A stretch of 64,000 nucleotides of DNA, from contig CAVTGG010000009.1 of the NCBI GenBank assembly GCA_963734155.1, positions 15,871-79,870 on the forward strand, written 5' to 3'. The first letter of the stretch is position 1. Each line of letters starts with the position of its first letter. This stretch comes from an uncultured Acidobacteriota bacterium (GTDB lineage Bacteria; Acidobacteriota; Thermoanaerobaculia; Gp7-AA8). The position numbers and the translations under genes are program-made. Below, piece after piece: positions 15,101 through 28,426 of the stretch. The notes under the pieces were generated by a model. The model was not told the origin of the DNA. It saw only the letters and a program-made list of their open reading frames with translations, and did not search any database.

Positions 15101-18100
15101 CGCGCGCGTCCGCCTCGACGTCGACGGCGTGATGATGACGACGCAGTCGTCCGGCACCGGCGCGTTCAAGTTCACGTTCACGTTCTCCGGGCAGAGCGGC
15201 TACCACGCCGTCCGCGTGCGCGAGATCGGCGCCGACGGCTCGCTCTCCGCCGAGCGCGTGCTCTGCTACCGAATCAGCTGCGCCACGCCGCAGGTCGTCA
15301 GCGCGACGCTCGACCGCACGGCCAAGACGCTCACGATCCAATTCTCGAAGGCGATGGATCGCGCGTGGCTCGACAGCGCCATCGTCGTCACCGAGGCCGA
15401 GAACGGCGTCATCGCGCTCAACGCGACGGGTGACATCGCCACCGTCACCTTCGCGAACATCCCCGCGAAGAACATCACGCTGACGGTGAAGAAGAGCGCG
15501 AAAGACACCGGCGGCACGGCGATGCTCGCCGACTACACGCAGACGTTCATTTACAGCACCGACCCCAACGCCGAGCGCGGCAAAGGCTACGTCTCCGGCG
15601 CCGTCTACGACGCCACGAACGGAAGACCGCTCGCAAAGCGCCGCCATCACCATCCTCAATTCTCAATTCTCAATTCTCAATTCAAACGACCGCGGCAAAT
15701 ACGCGATCTCTCTCACCAGAAGGCGCCTACACGATCGAAGCGACAGCCACCGGCTACACAACCGTCTGGCGCCAGGTCGTCGTCCCCCCCGGCGCCGGCG
15801 TCGTCCCCATCGACATCCGCCTCACCAAACGCGGCGACGCCCTCACGCACGGCGCCGAAACGAAGCTCACCAAGAAAGTCGAGCTCGCGCTCGCCATCAC
15901 CCGCGAACGCGCGCGTCACGTCCCTCGGCGGCCAATCGCTCGCCGGCCTGCTGCCTCTCGGCTGGGCGCCGCTCGCCTCCGCCGAGATCGCGATCGACGA
16001 CTCGCCGTCGCCGGTCGCCATCCCCGGCGCGCGCCTCATCTTCTTCATCGACGCGAGCGCCGTCACCGCCGCCGCGCAGACGCTCTCGCTCGTCCAGTAC
16101 GACAGCGAGCGCGATGAATGGCACATCGTCACTCCCGCCGTCAACGTCGCGTCCGACGGACGCGCATCCATTGATATCAATACATCGGGCAACTACGCGC
16201 TCGTCTACGCCGACAAAGGCTCCGGCCTCGTCGCCCGCGCCGGCGCCGCGCTGCAAGGCGCCGCGAATCCGTGCGCCACCACGCCCGACATCTGCAAGCT
16301 CACCGGCAAGAGCTTCACCCTCGATCCGAAGGCCGTGCTGCCGAGCGGACGCACCGTGGCCACGCTCATCACCGACGGCACGAAGCCGTATCCGAGCGGC
16401 ACCGCGGTGCAGGCGTTCATCGACGAGCAGCTGAATCTCGCCGACGGCCGAGTGCTCGTCGATCCGCCGTTCGCGACCGATCTCCTCATCTACCGCACGC
16501 TCGCCGGCAACGAAGGCGTCGCCGACTTCCACCTCGCGCCCGACAGCCCAAGCGACTGCGGTGATGCTCCGCGACGGCGTCGATCACATCCGCATCGTCG
16601 ACTATCCGGGCCGCATCGACCGCGGCACGCTCCTCGGCGCGGAAGGCGGTCGCGTTCCCGGCGACGACGGCGTGCGCCTCGACGTCCCCGCCGGCGCGAC
16701 CGCCGAGCCGCTGCACGCATCCGCGGCGTCGCTCTCATCGAACGAGCTCGCGTCCTTTGGCACGATCGCCGGCTTCCACATCGTCGCCGGCTTCACGTTC
16801 ACGCTCACGCGCAGCACGGAGCCGGCACTTCCCGCCGGAACGACACTCGACGCGCCGGCGCTCCTGGTTCCCGCCCGCGCAACGATTCCGAATGCTCAAT
16901 CCGGCATCCTCGTCGAAGTTCTGCCGAACACTCCGTTCGGCGTGCTCCATCGCCTCGTCGCGTTGATCGCGAACGGCACGACGCGCCCGATCGTCAGCAC
17001 CGAGCTTCCGCTCGATGGCCTCGTGCGCGACGGCCGCTATCTCGTCCTCACGCCCGACGCGCCGATCGCGTACGCGTACGGCCAGGTCAAATCCGCGAAC
17101 GGCGTTGCTATCTCCAACGCGCGCGTCACCGCAAACGCTCTCGGCGTGCGCGATCTCACGCGCCTCGACGGCCTCTTCGTCGTCCCCGTCGCCGCGAAGC
17201 CCGCCGCGCCGTTCTCACTCATCGCGCGCACGACCTCCCACGGCGACGGCGCGCCCGCGGTTGCGAGCACGAGTCCCGACCCCGGCGCGTTCGTCAACTT
17301 CGGCACACTCACGCTCGCGCCGCAGCCGCCCGGCACTCCCACGATCACGCCCGCGAACGGCGCCGAAGTCGACGCCTCCGCCGCGGTCGTGCAGGCGACA
17401 TTCGACATGCCGATCGATCCGGCGTCGATCTCCGCCTTCACGATGAACGTCGCCGGCACCGCGGTGCTGAGCGGCAGCAACACGATCCGCTTCAATCCGA
17501 TGGACCCGCTCCGCGCGGGCACGCGCTACACCATCACCGTCGGCGCATCGATCCGCGGAGTGAACGGCACGCCGTTCGGACGCACGCTCGTCTCGCAGTT
17601 CACAACCCGCGCGATTCCGCAGAGCAACACGTCCATCCATCGCGAGCGCATCCGCATCACCCTGCCGGATGCGAGCGGCAAGTCGACGATCACCGGCACC
17701 GCAGGCGCGTTGCCCGGCGGCGCACAGGCCATCGCCGTTCGCCGCGGCCGCCTCTTCGTCGACGTCTATCAGACGACCGTCGCGAGCGATGGCTCCTTCT
17801 TCCTCGACGCCGGTCATCGCCACGAGAAAGACCGCATCGCCACCACCGACACGATCGAGCTGCAGGTGCTCGACTCCGTCTCGCACGCGATCGTCGCCGT
17901 CATCGAGCTCACGCCGTTCGTCACCACCGACGGCAAAGGCTTCCTCGCGCCGGCCGGCCGCGCCGTCACCTTCACCAGCGCCGACGACATCACCGTCGCC
18001 GTTCCCGCCGGCGCATTCGGCACGCCGACGCTCGTCAGCGTCGCGCCGGCCCAGAAGAGCGCATTCGCGTCCGTGCCCGCGTTCGACAACGATCTCAACT

Positions 18101-21100
18101 TCTCCACCGCGATCAATCTGCAGTTCGAGGGCACGGCGAAGGAACCGCTGCAAGTCGACATCCCCGCGCCCGCCGGCGTCGATCCGGCTCGCACCTGGAT
18201 TCTCGGCTTCCTCGGCCAATCCGTGCGCGGTCCGAAGATCGAGATCGTCGATTTCCTCCGCGTCAGCGGCGGCAAATTCACGACGCGTCCCGAGACCACG
18301 AGCGGCAACGCGCGCACGCTCCGCACGAACGCGATCCCGAACGACACGCACAACATTCTTCTCGGCGTACGCCGCGCCGGCATGCACGCCGCCGTCGATC
18401 TGAAGGCGCAAGTGGGCTGGTCGATCGTCGACGGCGTGGCCGCGACCGTCGACCTCTTCTCCTACTACGAATCGCTCTTCGTCTCCACGTTCGCGCTCAT
18501 CGAGAAGCGCGGCTCCGCGCTCATTCCCGTGCCCGCGGGGCAGCAGTTCACCGTCGTCGGCGTCGATTCCGCGAGCGGACTCGAGTCGTTCCGCAAGACG
18601 TACGATCCGGTCTCCGGCGGCACTCCGTCGGCGCCGGTCGCGATTCCGTCGCCGATCGACAACGACGCCGGCCCGCTTCCTGTTTACGCGAGCCCGGCGC
18701 GGCTCGACGTCATCGATGCCGCGCCCGAGGGCGTGCGGGTCGAGTCGGTGCGCGACGTCGAGCTCGTGGTCGATGGCGGCTCGCTCAACGTTCGAAACAT
18801 CACGAACGAAAAGCGACGCGTCGCGGTGCTCAACGCCGCGACGACGGCGCTGGCATCGGCGGAGATCGCGCCGAATTCGCAGAGCGGATTCGGTCCGGCG
18901 ACGCCCGGCGATCGACTCATCCTCACGATGACCGACGAGGATGTGCATCCCGATCTTCCCATCGCCGTGGTCTTCGACAAAGCGCTTTACACCACGAACG
19001 AGGTGGACGCGTATTTCCATGCGAGCCGATTGATCGTGTTGAAAGCCGGCGACGATGCGTCCTCGCTCGCCGACATCACCGATCAGGTGGTGTTCAGCGT
19101 CGACTCGCGCGGCACGCGGGTCACGCTCGAGCTGAAAGGCGCGCTGCAGCGCGGCAAGCTGTTCGCGCTCGTCGTCAGCCGCAATCTCGCCGCACTCGGT
19201 CCGAACGGCACGGAAGGCTTGAAGCTCGCGCAGCGCAAGATCAACGGCACCGTCGGCCCGGCGCTCACGTCCGACCTCGTGCTCTGGTTCCGCACGCGCC
19301 CGCCCGCGGGTGAGCTGCGCGAGACCACGCTCGCGAACGGCGTGATCCGCGACTTTTCGATGCATGGCAACGTCGCCGTCCTCAGCGCGCTCGACGGCGG
19401 ACTGCAGACCTTCGACATGGCCGATCCGGCGGCGCTCGACGGCGCGCGGCCGGCGGGGCGGCTGCTCGACGACGTCAACGAATTCTGGGGCGTGGCCACC
19501 GATCGCCACGGCCGGATCTTCGCCACCGGCATGACGCCGATGCTGACGTATCTCCACTCGTACCGGCTCGAAGACTTCTTGCCGGCGACGCCGGGGACCA
19601 CTCGCGACGTTCCGACGACGCGGCGCGTCGGCTCGGCGATGCTGTCGTGGCGCGTCGGGTTCACGTCGTCGCTGCCGCTCGGATCGAGCACGGCGTTCCT
19701 CACCGATCGCCCCGAGGCCATTCCGAGAAAGTTGCAGTTGGCGGTGATCGACAACGAGCAGGAGCTGACGATCGCGCAGCTTGGAGCGCCGGTCGCTACG
19801 CTGGCGAACGGATTCAGGAAGTACAACGTCGCGATCGCGGCCGATCCGCAGCTGAACTATCAGCTGCAGCGGATCTCGATCGAGAACCGCACGCTCGATC
19901 TGCGATGGTCCGCGGACGCGCCGCGCGGCGGATCGGCGCAGCTCAACGGAGTGCTCGCGCGCGACGGCGACGAGCTGTACCTGGTGCGCAACCAGGTGAC
20001 CTACGGCGTCGTTTCGCTGTTCGGCTACGGCGTCGGTGTGTGGGACCTCAACGCCGTCGAATCGAACGACCACGTCGTCGACAGCAACTACAAGAACCTC
20101 CGCGAAGGCATCGCCATGACGGACGCGAAGCAGCCGCAGGAGCCGCCGTGCGTGCCCGATCCGAACGGCGTGCCGTGCCCGATTCGCGACCTCTCGTTCA
20201 CGCCGGAGTCGATGCTTCGCGCGCGCACCGGCTCGTCCGATCTCTTCGTCTATGCGCTCGAAGCGAACCGCGGCGTCCTCGACGTCACGGTCACGCCGCC
20301 GCACGAGGAGCTTGCAGGACAGGCGATTCCGCAGACCGGGATCGCTCTGAATGCTCACCCCCGCCTGCGCACGCTGCAACAGAAATACGCGCAGAGCTCC
20401 GGCGGACGCGTGGCGCGCCCGCGCTTCACCTCCATCTCGCAGTACGGCGACTACGCGCTCATCGCCACGCGCGACTTCGGCATCGCCGTCCTGAAGCTCG
20501 ACGGCGCGGCCCTCGGCAACGAGGCCCTCGTCGACGTCATCTGGATTCCGGCCGGCGCGTACTCCGTCCGCGTCATGCCCGGCTCCGATCTCGCGGTCGC
20601 CGTCGACGGCGCGGGCCGCGTCCTGCTCATCGATCTCAAACGCATCGACGAGCACGATCGTGTCTCCGCGAGCACCGATCTCTTCCCGACCGCGCTCGCG
20701 TCGATCACCGCGCAGGCCGCGACGCTGCCGGCGACTGCGGACTGGTATGAAGTCGGCGCCGACGATCCGCGCATCCTCTGGAAGTCGAAGCCGCATCTCG
20801 TCGCCGGCACGCTCGCGCCGCTCGTCGATGCCGACACCGGATTCGTGCTCGCCGGCGACGTCGCCGGCAAGAAGATGAACGTGCTCTCCGCGACCGATCC
20901 GCGCCTGCGCGTCGTCAGCGGCGCGTATGAGTTGGCGAGCGTCGTTCCTCTCGGCATCCCGGCGTCGACGAACACGGCGGCGTTCCATCTCGAGCTGTCG
21001 CTTCCCGGCGCGATTGCGGATTCATTGGACGTGTCCGTCGAGAGCGAGCGTGTTCTCGGCGCGGATACCGAACAGACGCCCGCGCCCTATCCGCCGTCGC

Positions 21101-24100
21101 ATTTGCGCCGCGTGCGCCGTGACGGCACGCCGGACGCGCGTCCGGCGTCGCTCGCGTTGCGGCGCCTCTTGCCGTCCGATGCGAGTGATCCCGACCTCGT
21201 GAAGTTGCGCTATCAACGCGGCTACAACCGGCTCGTCTCCGACACCGTCGTTGCACTCGCCGATCCGCGTGCATCGAAGGATTGGACCGGCTCGCGCGGC
21301 GACTGTGCCTCCTGCGAACGGCCTCCCTCGCTCACCAACTTCGTCGAGCTCTACACGCTTGGCCGCTACCTCGCCATTCGGGCCGAGACCGCGCTCTTCG
21401 GCAGGCGCCTCGAGACGCGCATCGCCACGGTGCCGGCGGACACGGTTCGTCCGACCGATGTGCGCGTCGCCGCGCAACATCCGCCCGTCGCGGACGGGCT
21501 GCTGCAGGAGACGACGTACCTGCACAGCGGCGAGCTCGAGACGGGCGCCGTCGACTACGACGCCGGCGGCCGCGCGGGCTGGAACGTCGCGTTCGATCGC
21601 ACCTATCGCTCGCGCACCCTCGGCCTCTCGCCGCTCGGCGCCGGCTGGGATTCGTCGCTCTTCCAGCGCCTGCGCGCGCTGCCGAACGGCGACGTCGAAT
21701 ATCGCGACGGGGCAGGGGAGACGTGGCTGTTCACGTACGTCGACGAGCGCAACTACCGCGCGCCCGCGGGACTGTTCCTGAATCTCACGCGCGTCGACGA
21801 CGGCTACCGCCTGTTCGATCAGCAGTGGCGCCTCACGGAGTTCGACAGTTTCGGCCGCGTCGTTGCGGAGTCGGACGAGTTCCGCCAGCTGCGCGACCGC
21901 GACTCCGGCAACACCATCCGCTATTTCTACGACGGCGACGGCCGCCTCGCGCGCGTCGTCGATCCGGTGGGGCGCGAGAGCACGCTCACGTGGGACCGCA
22001 CCACGGGCCTGTTGAAAGAGATCAGCGACTGGCACGCAGCGCCGCGCCGCGTGACGTACGCGTACGACGCGCAGCGGCGGCTCACGAGTGTCCAGCTGCC
22101 GCAGATCGCCGGCAGCCCGCGCTCGACGATTGGCTATGCGTACAAAGCCGCGACGACGAGTCTCGAGACCATCACCGACCCCGGCGCGAGCACGCATCGC
22201 GTGAAATTCGACTATGACGCGAGCGATCGCGTCACCGCGCAAACGTGGGGCACGGGCGAGTCCGCGATGCTTTGTCTACGGCACGGCGTCGTCGGTTGAC
22301 GTGACCGATATCCTCGGCCAGCTGCGCAAGTACACGCTCACCGCCGATCGCGCGCACGTCAGCGAAGTCCACGAAGTGAACGTGCCGGTCTGGAACGGCG
22401 CCGTGTTCGGACAACTGCCCGGCGCGTTGTCGCCCGGAACGGCGACGACGTCGCCGGTCGAGCGCGTGCGCCGCTTCGCGTTCGACAACGGCGTGCTCAC
22501 GTCGGCGAAGCTCGACGGCGTCCGCGAGACGAATGTCGCCTATCAGCGCCCGACCGGCGCGCCGGGACTCGTCGTCTCGTCTGTTTCCGGCGACGGGATC
22601 ACGCGCGCGTTCCGCTACCAGACCGGCGACAACGGCTCGACGTTCCTGCAGGCGATCGAGGCCGGCGGCAAGCGCATCGAGTCGCCCGCGCCGCATCGCA
22701 ACAACCTCGATCCGGTGGCGAGCAACAGCGGCATCGCCGCGACGCAGTCGTTCGACGCGCACGGCATGCCGCTCTCCGCGGCGTCGAGCGGCGGCACCGA
22801 CAGCGCGAGCGCCGGCGCAAAGAGCCGCGTCGAATACTGGCCCGTCACCGCCCCGCCGCACGCGCGCGCGATGCCCCACCTCGTGCGCGACGGCGACGGC
22901 GCGGACGCGCTGACGACGACCATCGAATATCCGAGCGACGCGCAGACGAAGCAAACCGACCCGCGCGGCGTCGTGACCACGACCGACGTCGACGAATGGA
23001 GCCGGCCGGTGCACGTGCGCGTGGAGAAACCGGGCGATCCGCTCGTCCTCGAGCAGCGCTTCTTCTATGACGCCGCCGGCCGCCTCGCGCGCCAGGTGGA
23101 GAAGAAGGGGAGTGAGGAAGTCACGACGACGTTCGCCTACGACGTTCTGGGACGTCGTACGTCGTCCTCTGTCGATCAGATTGCGACCGTCGGGACTGTG
23201 ACCACGACGACGCAGTACGACCTCGCCAATCGCAAGATCATCACCACCCATCCCGGCGGCGCGACGACGACGACCGAGCTCGACCCGCTCGGACGCGCGC
23301 GCCGCAGCGTCATGTCCACCGGTTCCAGTCCGATCGAGACGCAGTCCGCCTTCGACCTCGCCGGCAACCGCGTCTACAGCACCGACATGTTCACCGCCAC
23401 CGCGGCGGCGTTCGACGCACACGGCCGCGCGATCGCGATGAAGTCGCCCGACGGCACGGTGACGAAGAGCGAGTACGACGAATGGGATCGTCCGAAGGCG
23501 GTCAAGAGCCTGGCCACCGACGGCGCGACGGTCGCCGAATCGTCGTACGACTTCACCGACGCCGGACGGCTGCGCGCTCTCTCGACGAAAGTCGATGCCG
23601 GCGTCGAGCGCGAAACCTCCTTCGCGTGGGACGGCGCCGGACGCACGACACGATTCGCGACGAACGGCCGCGCGTCGAAGACGGTCTTCGACGTCGCCGG
23701 ACGAATGCAGTCCTACGCCGCGGGCGCGGGCAATCTCAGTGCGCTGACCGAAATCTTCAACCAGACGAACGTCACCGCCCACGACGGCGCGGTGCCGTCC
23801 GTCACCACATCGTCCGAGCGCGGGCAACCCGCTCCGACACTCGCATCGATGGACCGCAACGCCGCGGGCGACGTCGTGCGCAACAACGTCGGCTCGCTCG
23901 AATGGAAGACGCAGTTCGACGAATTGGGCAACGTCACCGAAGCGAGCGTGCCCGGACGTCCGTCGACGACCTTCAACGTCGACGCACGCGGCGCGGTCGA
24001 AAAAGAAACGCTCCCCGACGGCGCCGCGAATCAATTCGCCTATCACGGCAGCGGCGCGCAGACGAACTACACCGATCCCACCAGCGAGGCGACCGGAACG

Positions 24101-26973
24101 CAGACCGATCTCCTCGGACGCCCGCTGTCGCGCTCCTATCCCGACGGCACGAGCGAGATCGATCGAGTGGGAAGGCCCGCGCGTCCGTCGCATCCGCGAT
24201 CGTCAGAATCGCGAGCAGGAATTCCTCTACAACACGAAGGGCCAGCTCGAAGAGGTACGTTCAGGCGGCCAGAAGCTCGAGACCCTCGGCTACGACAACG
24301 CCGGACGTCTCGTTCGCTGGACGAACGCGGACGCCGAGATCACCTGGGGCGACTTCGACCTCGACGGCAATCCGAAGAAGACTACGCAGAAGCGCTTCCG
24401 CGACGCCAGCGGTCTCTCCGCATCGCCGCAGGTGCTTGAACGAATTCGTGCAGGAGCACCGCTGGAACGAGCACGGCGAGCGCACGGGCTTCACCATCCC
24501 CGGCACGCAGACGTGGATCGATCAGGCCTACGACGCGATGGGCAACCTCACGTCGATCACGCGTGGCGGCACTCCGCTGATGACCGCCACGTATCGCGGC
24601 GCCGGACGCCCGCAAACGCGCACCGTCTTCACCGGCGGATCGCCGATTGTGCGCACCTACACCTATGACGATGCGACCTCGCTGCTGTCGGGCATGGCCG
24701 TCACTGCCGGGGCGAACGTGGTCGCCGGCGCGGACGTCGCGTACGACGGACTGCAAAAGTCCTCGATCCGCCCGGCTGGCGTTTCTGCTCCGGTTACGAC
24801 GTTCACATACGACTCGCGCAGTCGTCTCGTCACGGCGGATCGCAGCACGCAGATCCTCACGCCCGCGGACTTCCGCACGGAGGAGCAGCGCGCACGGCAG
24901 CTGGATGACGCCACGCGTGCCGCGCTGCAGGCGCGGGGCATGGATACGACCGCGATCGATCCGCCATCATCGACGTTCAGCGAACAAACCGGCCACAAGA
25001 TCGCGAGCGCCACGCGCGGTCCGGTCGTTCGCCCGTTCGGCTACAACGGAGCGGAGCGCGCGGACGACGGCCGCTTCACGTACGAGTTCGATGTCAAAGG
25101 CCGTCTCATCCGCGCGACGGAAAAGTCGGGCCCGGGCCGCTACGTTTATCAATACAGCGCCACCGGCCGCCTGGTCGGCCGCGGCGACACGACGTTCGTC
25201 TGGGACCCGATCTCCGATCGTCTCATCGCCGTCGTCGCCGCCGATGGCACGGTGCAGAAACAAATCATCCACGGCGACGCCGCCTACGACGACCCCCTCG
25301 AAGTGACGACACCCTCCGGTCGCCTGTTCCCGGTCTTCGACGAGGCCGGCGCCGGAACCATGCAGGCCGTGCTCAACGACCACGCCGAAGTCATCGCCCG
25401 CAACGTCCCGAATGACCCCTACGGCGCCGAAAACGTCGCCTTCACCGGCGCCGCCATCGACCGCGTGGCCATCAAAGCCACAAAGAAACAAGACGGCACC
25501 CTCGACACCGTCGAAGTGACCATCCACTCCACCGAAGCCCTCGCCGCCGCGACGGTCACCACCGGCGCCCGCCTCGCCACCATCGATAACAAATCCGCCA
25601 TCGTCCGCAGCGCCTCGGTGGCGCCGACCCTCGCCGACGATCCCTTCACCCTCCACTGGACCCTCACCCCGTCCGAGTGGCAAACCCTCATCGACCCAAC
25701 GCCCGTCGGCACCCCACCCGCCACCCGAACCCCCATCGCCCTCTCCATCGCCGCGACGGCGACGCTCCGCGCCGCCGCCTGGTCGTCTTCTACCCCCATC
25801 CTCCCACCCCCCGATTGGGTCCTCGCCACCCGCCCCATCCACACCTCCACCGCCCTCCCCGTCGAGATCCGCGAGTCCCTCCCCTCCCTCACCACCTTCC
25901 TCGCCACAGTGCCCGCCGGCGCCGAAAAAACCAGTACACTCTACGCCGTCGATTCCCTGCCGCTGCTCGGCACGCCCGCCAGCGACACGCTCTTTGAAGA
26001 TGTGGTGAGTGCGCGGTTCCAGGCGCTGCCCTTCCAAGACCCCGACACGGGGCTGATCTACGCAAGGAACCGCTGGTACGACCCGTCCACGGGTACGTTC
26101 TTGACACCGGATCCGCTCGGGTACGTTGATTCAGCGAACCTCTATTCGTTCGCCGGTGGTGACCCCGTCAACGGGAGAGATCCAACAGGTGAACACACGC
26201 GCCGCACCATCGACGTGAACGGCATGCCGGTGACTGTCGATGCGCCAACGCTCGAAGAGATGAATGAAGGAGACTTCTCGATCGGTGTTTCTTACACGCC
26301 GACAGGGCGCGCAAACACCGTTCATCACCTCTTCGATTCATCGCAAGGTGCAGACCTATTCTTGCTCGCGAGGGTCAATGCACCCGGTGCTCGCGCGGCA
26401 TTCGAGCAGTTCTACGGCGTCTCAATAGATAACGTTGACTACTCGGGACTGAAGGCATGGTGGCAAAGCCTTAAAGCTAATGCGCCGAATATCGCTCTGT
26501 CGACGCTAGGCACGATTGCAGCGGCAGCTCCGGCAGAGACAGCCGCAACACGATCGACGACACCACGCGTCAACATGATGCGACCGCGGCCACAGGCTCC
26601 GATCGAAGAGGTCCCTGGAGCTGTACAGAGCGGTCAACGGGTTTATAAGATCCCGCCCGGTTCGACAGGTGGGGATACGGCATATCAGCCGATAACTGCA
26701 GCTGATCGGGCGCGATTCTTCGAGAAAGGCGATCCTCTCTGTAGCTATTGTCGGTCCAACGATGCGCGACCCGTGGATCACGTAAGAGCGAAGAGCAGAG
26801 CGGGGAATCGTGAACCCGAAAATCTAACTCCCGCTTGCGATCACTGCAATCCGTCAAAGGGTGCCCGAGTAGCTCCAAAGACGCCGCCGAGAGGATACGT
26901 CGGCGAATGGCCGCCTTCCTGGTGGCCGGAATGGATGCGTGATTGGTGGAAAACGACCTATGGCGGCCAATGA
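6150..26973 (+). CDS. Giant Sec-signal Rhs/YD polymorphic toxin (~6,937 aa reconstructed): ~25 Ig-like repeats, further Ig/carboxypeptidase-regulatory-like domains, DUF6531-like region, YD repeats, Rhs core, C-terminal HNH nuclease
   Basis: ATG overlaps the upstream stop (ATGA); signal peptide MKILRLWLVLVFCCGAVFA. Ten +1 shifts (~6357, 7371, 14990, 15637, 15718, 15890, 16540, 22270, 24160, 24436) join the ORF pieces, and 20824-10 is divisible by 3. Core RWYDPSTGTFLTPDPLG..DPVNGRDPTG; tip CSYC..DHV..N..ENL.PACDHCNPSKG. Confidence 0.85.
15655..15682 (+). repeat. Heptamer tandem repeat (CTCAATT)x4 inside the giant Rhs gene
   Basis: Four exact copies read directly; AT-rich in a high-GC gene; translates as ILNSQFSILNS. 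Confidence 0.95.
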
Positions 26974-27433
26974 GTTCTTAATCACGCATCCTGAACCATT
27001 GTGGGAATCACATGCCGATTCACTTATCGCGATCGATCTCACACGTTGGGAGCTTCGCGGGGTTGAGCAACTTTCGAGTCGTCACGTCGGTGGTGATATG
27101 TATGAATTGTGCTGCATACCGTTTTTTTCGTACGGCTTTCGATTAGGAGATATCGTGGAAGCTGTAGGTGACGATGGGACGCGGCCGTTCGTACAGGAAG
27201 TAGTGAGGCCGTCGAATCGACTGAACATACGACTTGTCGTTCGTGATGAGCGAGAAACGGAGCCGGTGATGCGCCGGATTACCGGGATCCTCCGACAGGC
27301 TGAATGCGGAGCCGAGATATGGAAACCCGGCTATGTTGCTGCAGACGTGCCGTCTGCCGACGCGGAGCAGATGGTGTTAAATGGTCTTAGTGCACTGATC
27401 GAGCACGGGATGCTTTCGATCGAGCGTGTTTGA
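26960..27433 (+). CDS. DUF4265-like putative immunity protein
   Basis: Overlaps the toxin stop codon and has lower GC; motif YELCCIPFFSYGFRLGDIVEA resembles DUF4265. Confidence 0.75.
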   Translation: MAANEFLITHPEPLWESHADSLIAIDLTRWELRGVEQLSSRHVGGDMYELCCIPFFSYGFRLGDIVEAVGDDGTRPFVQEVVRPSNRLNIRLVVRDERETEPVMRRITGILRQAECGAEIWKPGYVAADVPSADAEQMVLNGLSALIEHGMLSIERV

Positions 27434-27869
27434 TGAGCTGTGTCAGCCACGTCTGCCGACAGCTTCTTCGACGCGACGCTTGGCGATGAGCGCAGCGATG
27501 ACCTTGATCGCGGTCTCTTGCTCGTCGCGATCGATTGAATCGAGCATGTGAAAGCGGTCGAGGAGGCGGACGTTGCGGATCGGAGCGGCCGTTTCATTGG
27601 CGCGATCGCCTGTTAGTAGCGCATCGGCAGTTGTACGAAGAGCGCGAGCATTCAGTCCAGCTCCGCGGCCGGCAAAACAAAGCTGATGGACGCGGTGCTC
27701 GACTTCGTCCCCGAAGAGCAGTGCGTGCGCTACGCGGCCTCGCGGCTTAGAGGCGCTCGGGCGGGCGAGCGTCGCGACTGGCGCGGGTCAGGCAAGTGAA
27801 GCGGGCCGCGCAGCGTGGCTTTTGGCCGGCGTGGCGTCGCAAGAAATAAACGTTCCCCCGCCCGCGCGC

Positions 27870-27992
27870 GGCCTTTCGATGGTGAACGAGTAGCGCTGCA
27901 TCGCGCCGTCGTCAAGCCGCTCTCCGCCCACACGCCCGCCCGGGCTTGACGCCGTCGTGCTACAGCGCTGGACGACGCCCCTATCGAAAGGC
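27870..27992. other. Long nested imperfect inverted repeat (extended hairpin)
   Basis: GGCCTTTCGATGG(27870-82)/CTATCGAAAGGCC(27980-92); AGCGCTG(27892-98)/CAGCGCT(27963-69); CGTCAAGCC(27910-18)/GGCTTGACG(27943-51). Confidence 0.8.
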
Positions 27993-28060
27993 CCGGCTCC
28001 CACGCCGCCGCATCACGCGGCGTCGCGCACGCGTCGCGGCCCAACACGAAGGAGAAACGA

Positions 28061-28377
28061 ATGCGATCGGTTGATGTGAAAGTTCATGAATCGATCGAGC
28101 GGCGCGGCTGGAGTCCGCGCAGTGTGCAGACGTACATCAGCGCAACGTGCAGCACTTCTTGTGGTGGCTCATGAGCACAACGCAGATCGAATCGATCGAC
28201 GACGTCACGAGCGAGACGATTGTCGCGTGGCGCGACGAACTGACGCGATCGAACATCGCAGCGAGCACGCGAGCGCTTCGCTTCACCGCAGTGAGGCTTT
28301 TCTTTCGCACGCTGAGCGAGCACCGCATCATTGCGAATGGTCCGGCCGCCGGCGTTGCGCAGCATCGAGAGCGGTGA
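28061..28377 (+). pseudogene. Truncated tyrosine recombinase (N-terminal SAM-like domain only)
   Basis: SD GAAGGAG before ATG 28061. Reads RRGWSPRSVQTY, then after a frameshift QRNVQHFLWWL..IDDVTSETIVAWRDEL..AASTRALRFTAVRLFFR. No catalytic domain follows. Confidence 0.75.
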
Positions 28378-28426
28378 CGCTCTTTTTCCTTTAGCCGCTA
28401 GAATCGACGAGCAGCTAAACGAAAAA

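Noticed and set aside
2161-20988. Very long minus-strand ORFs (2161..7380, 7244..13276, 17215..20988)
   Set aside because: Antisense shadows of high-GC coding sequence; Arg/Gly/Val-rich and without motifs.
27434-27760. Short ORFs after the immunity gene
   Set aside because: Interrupted in all frames with no recognisable family; treated as debris.
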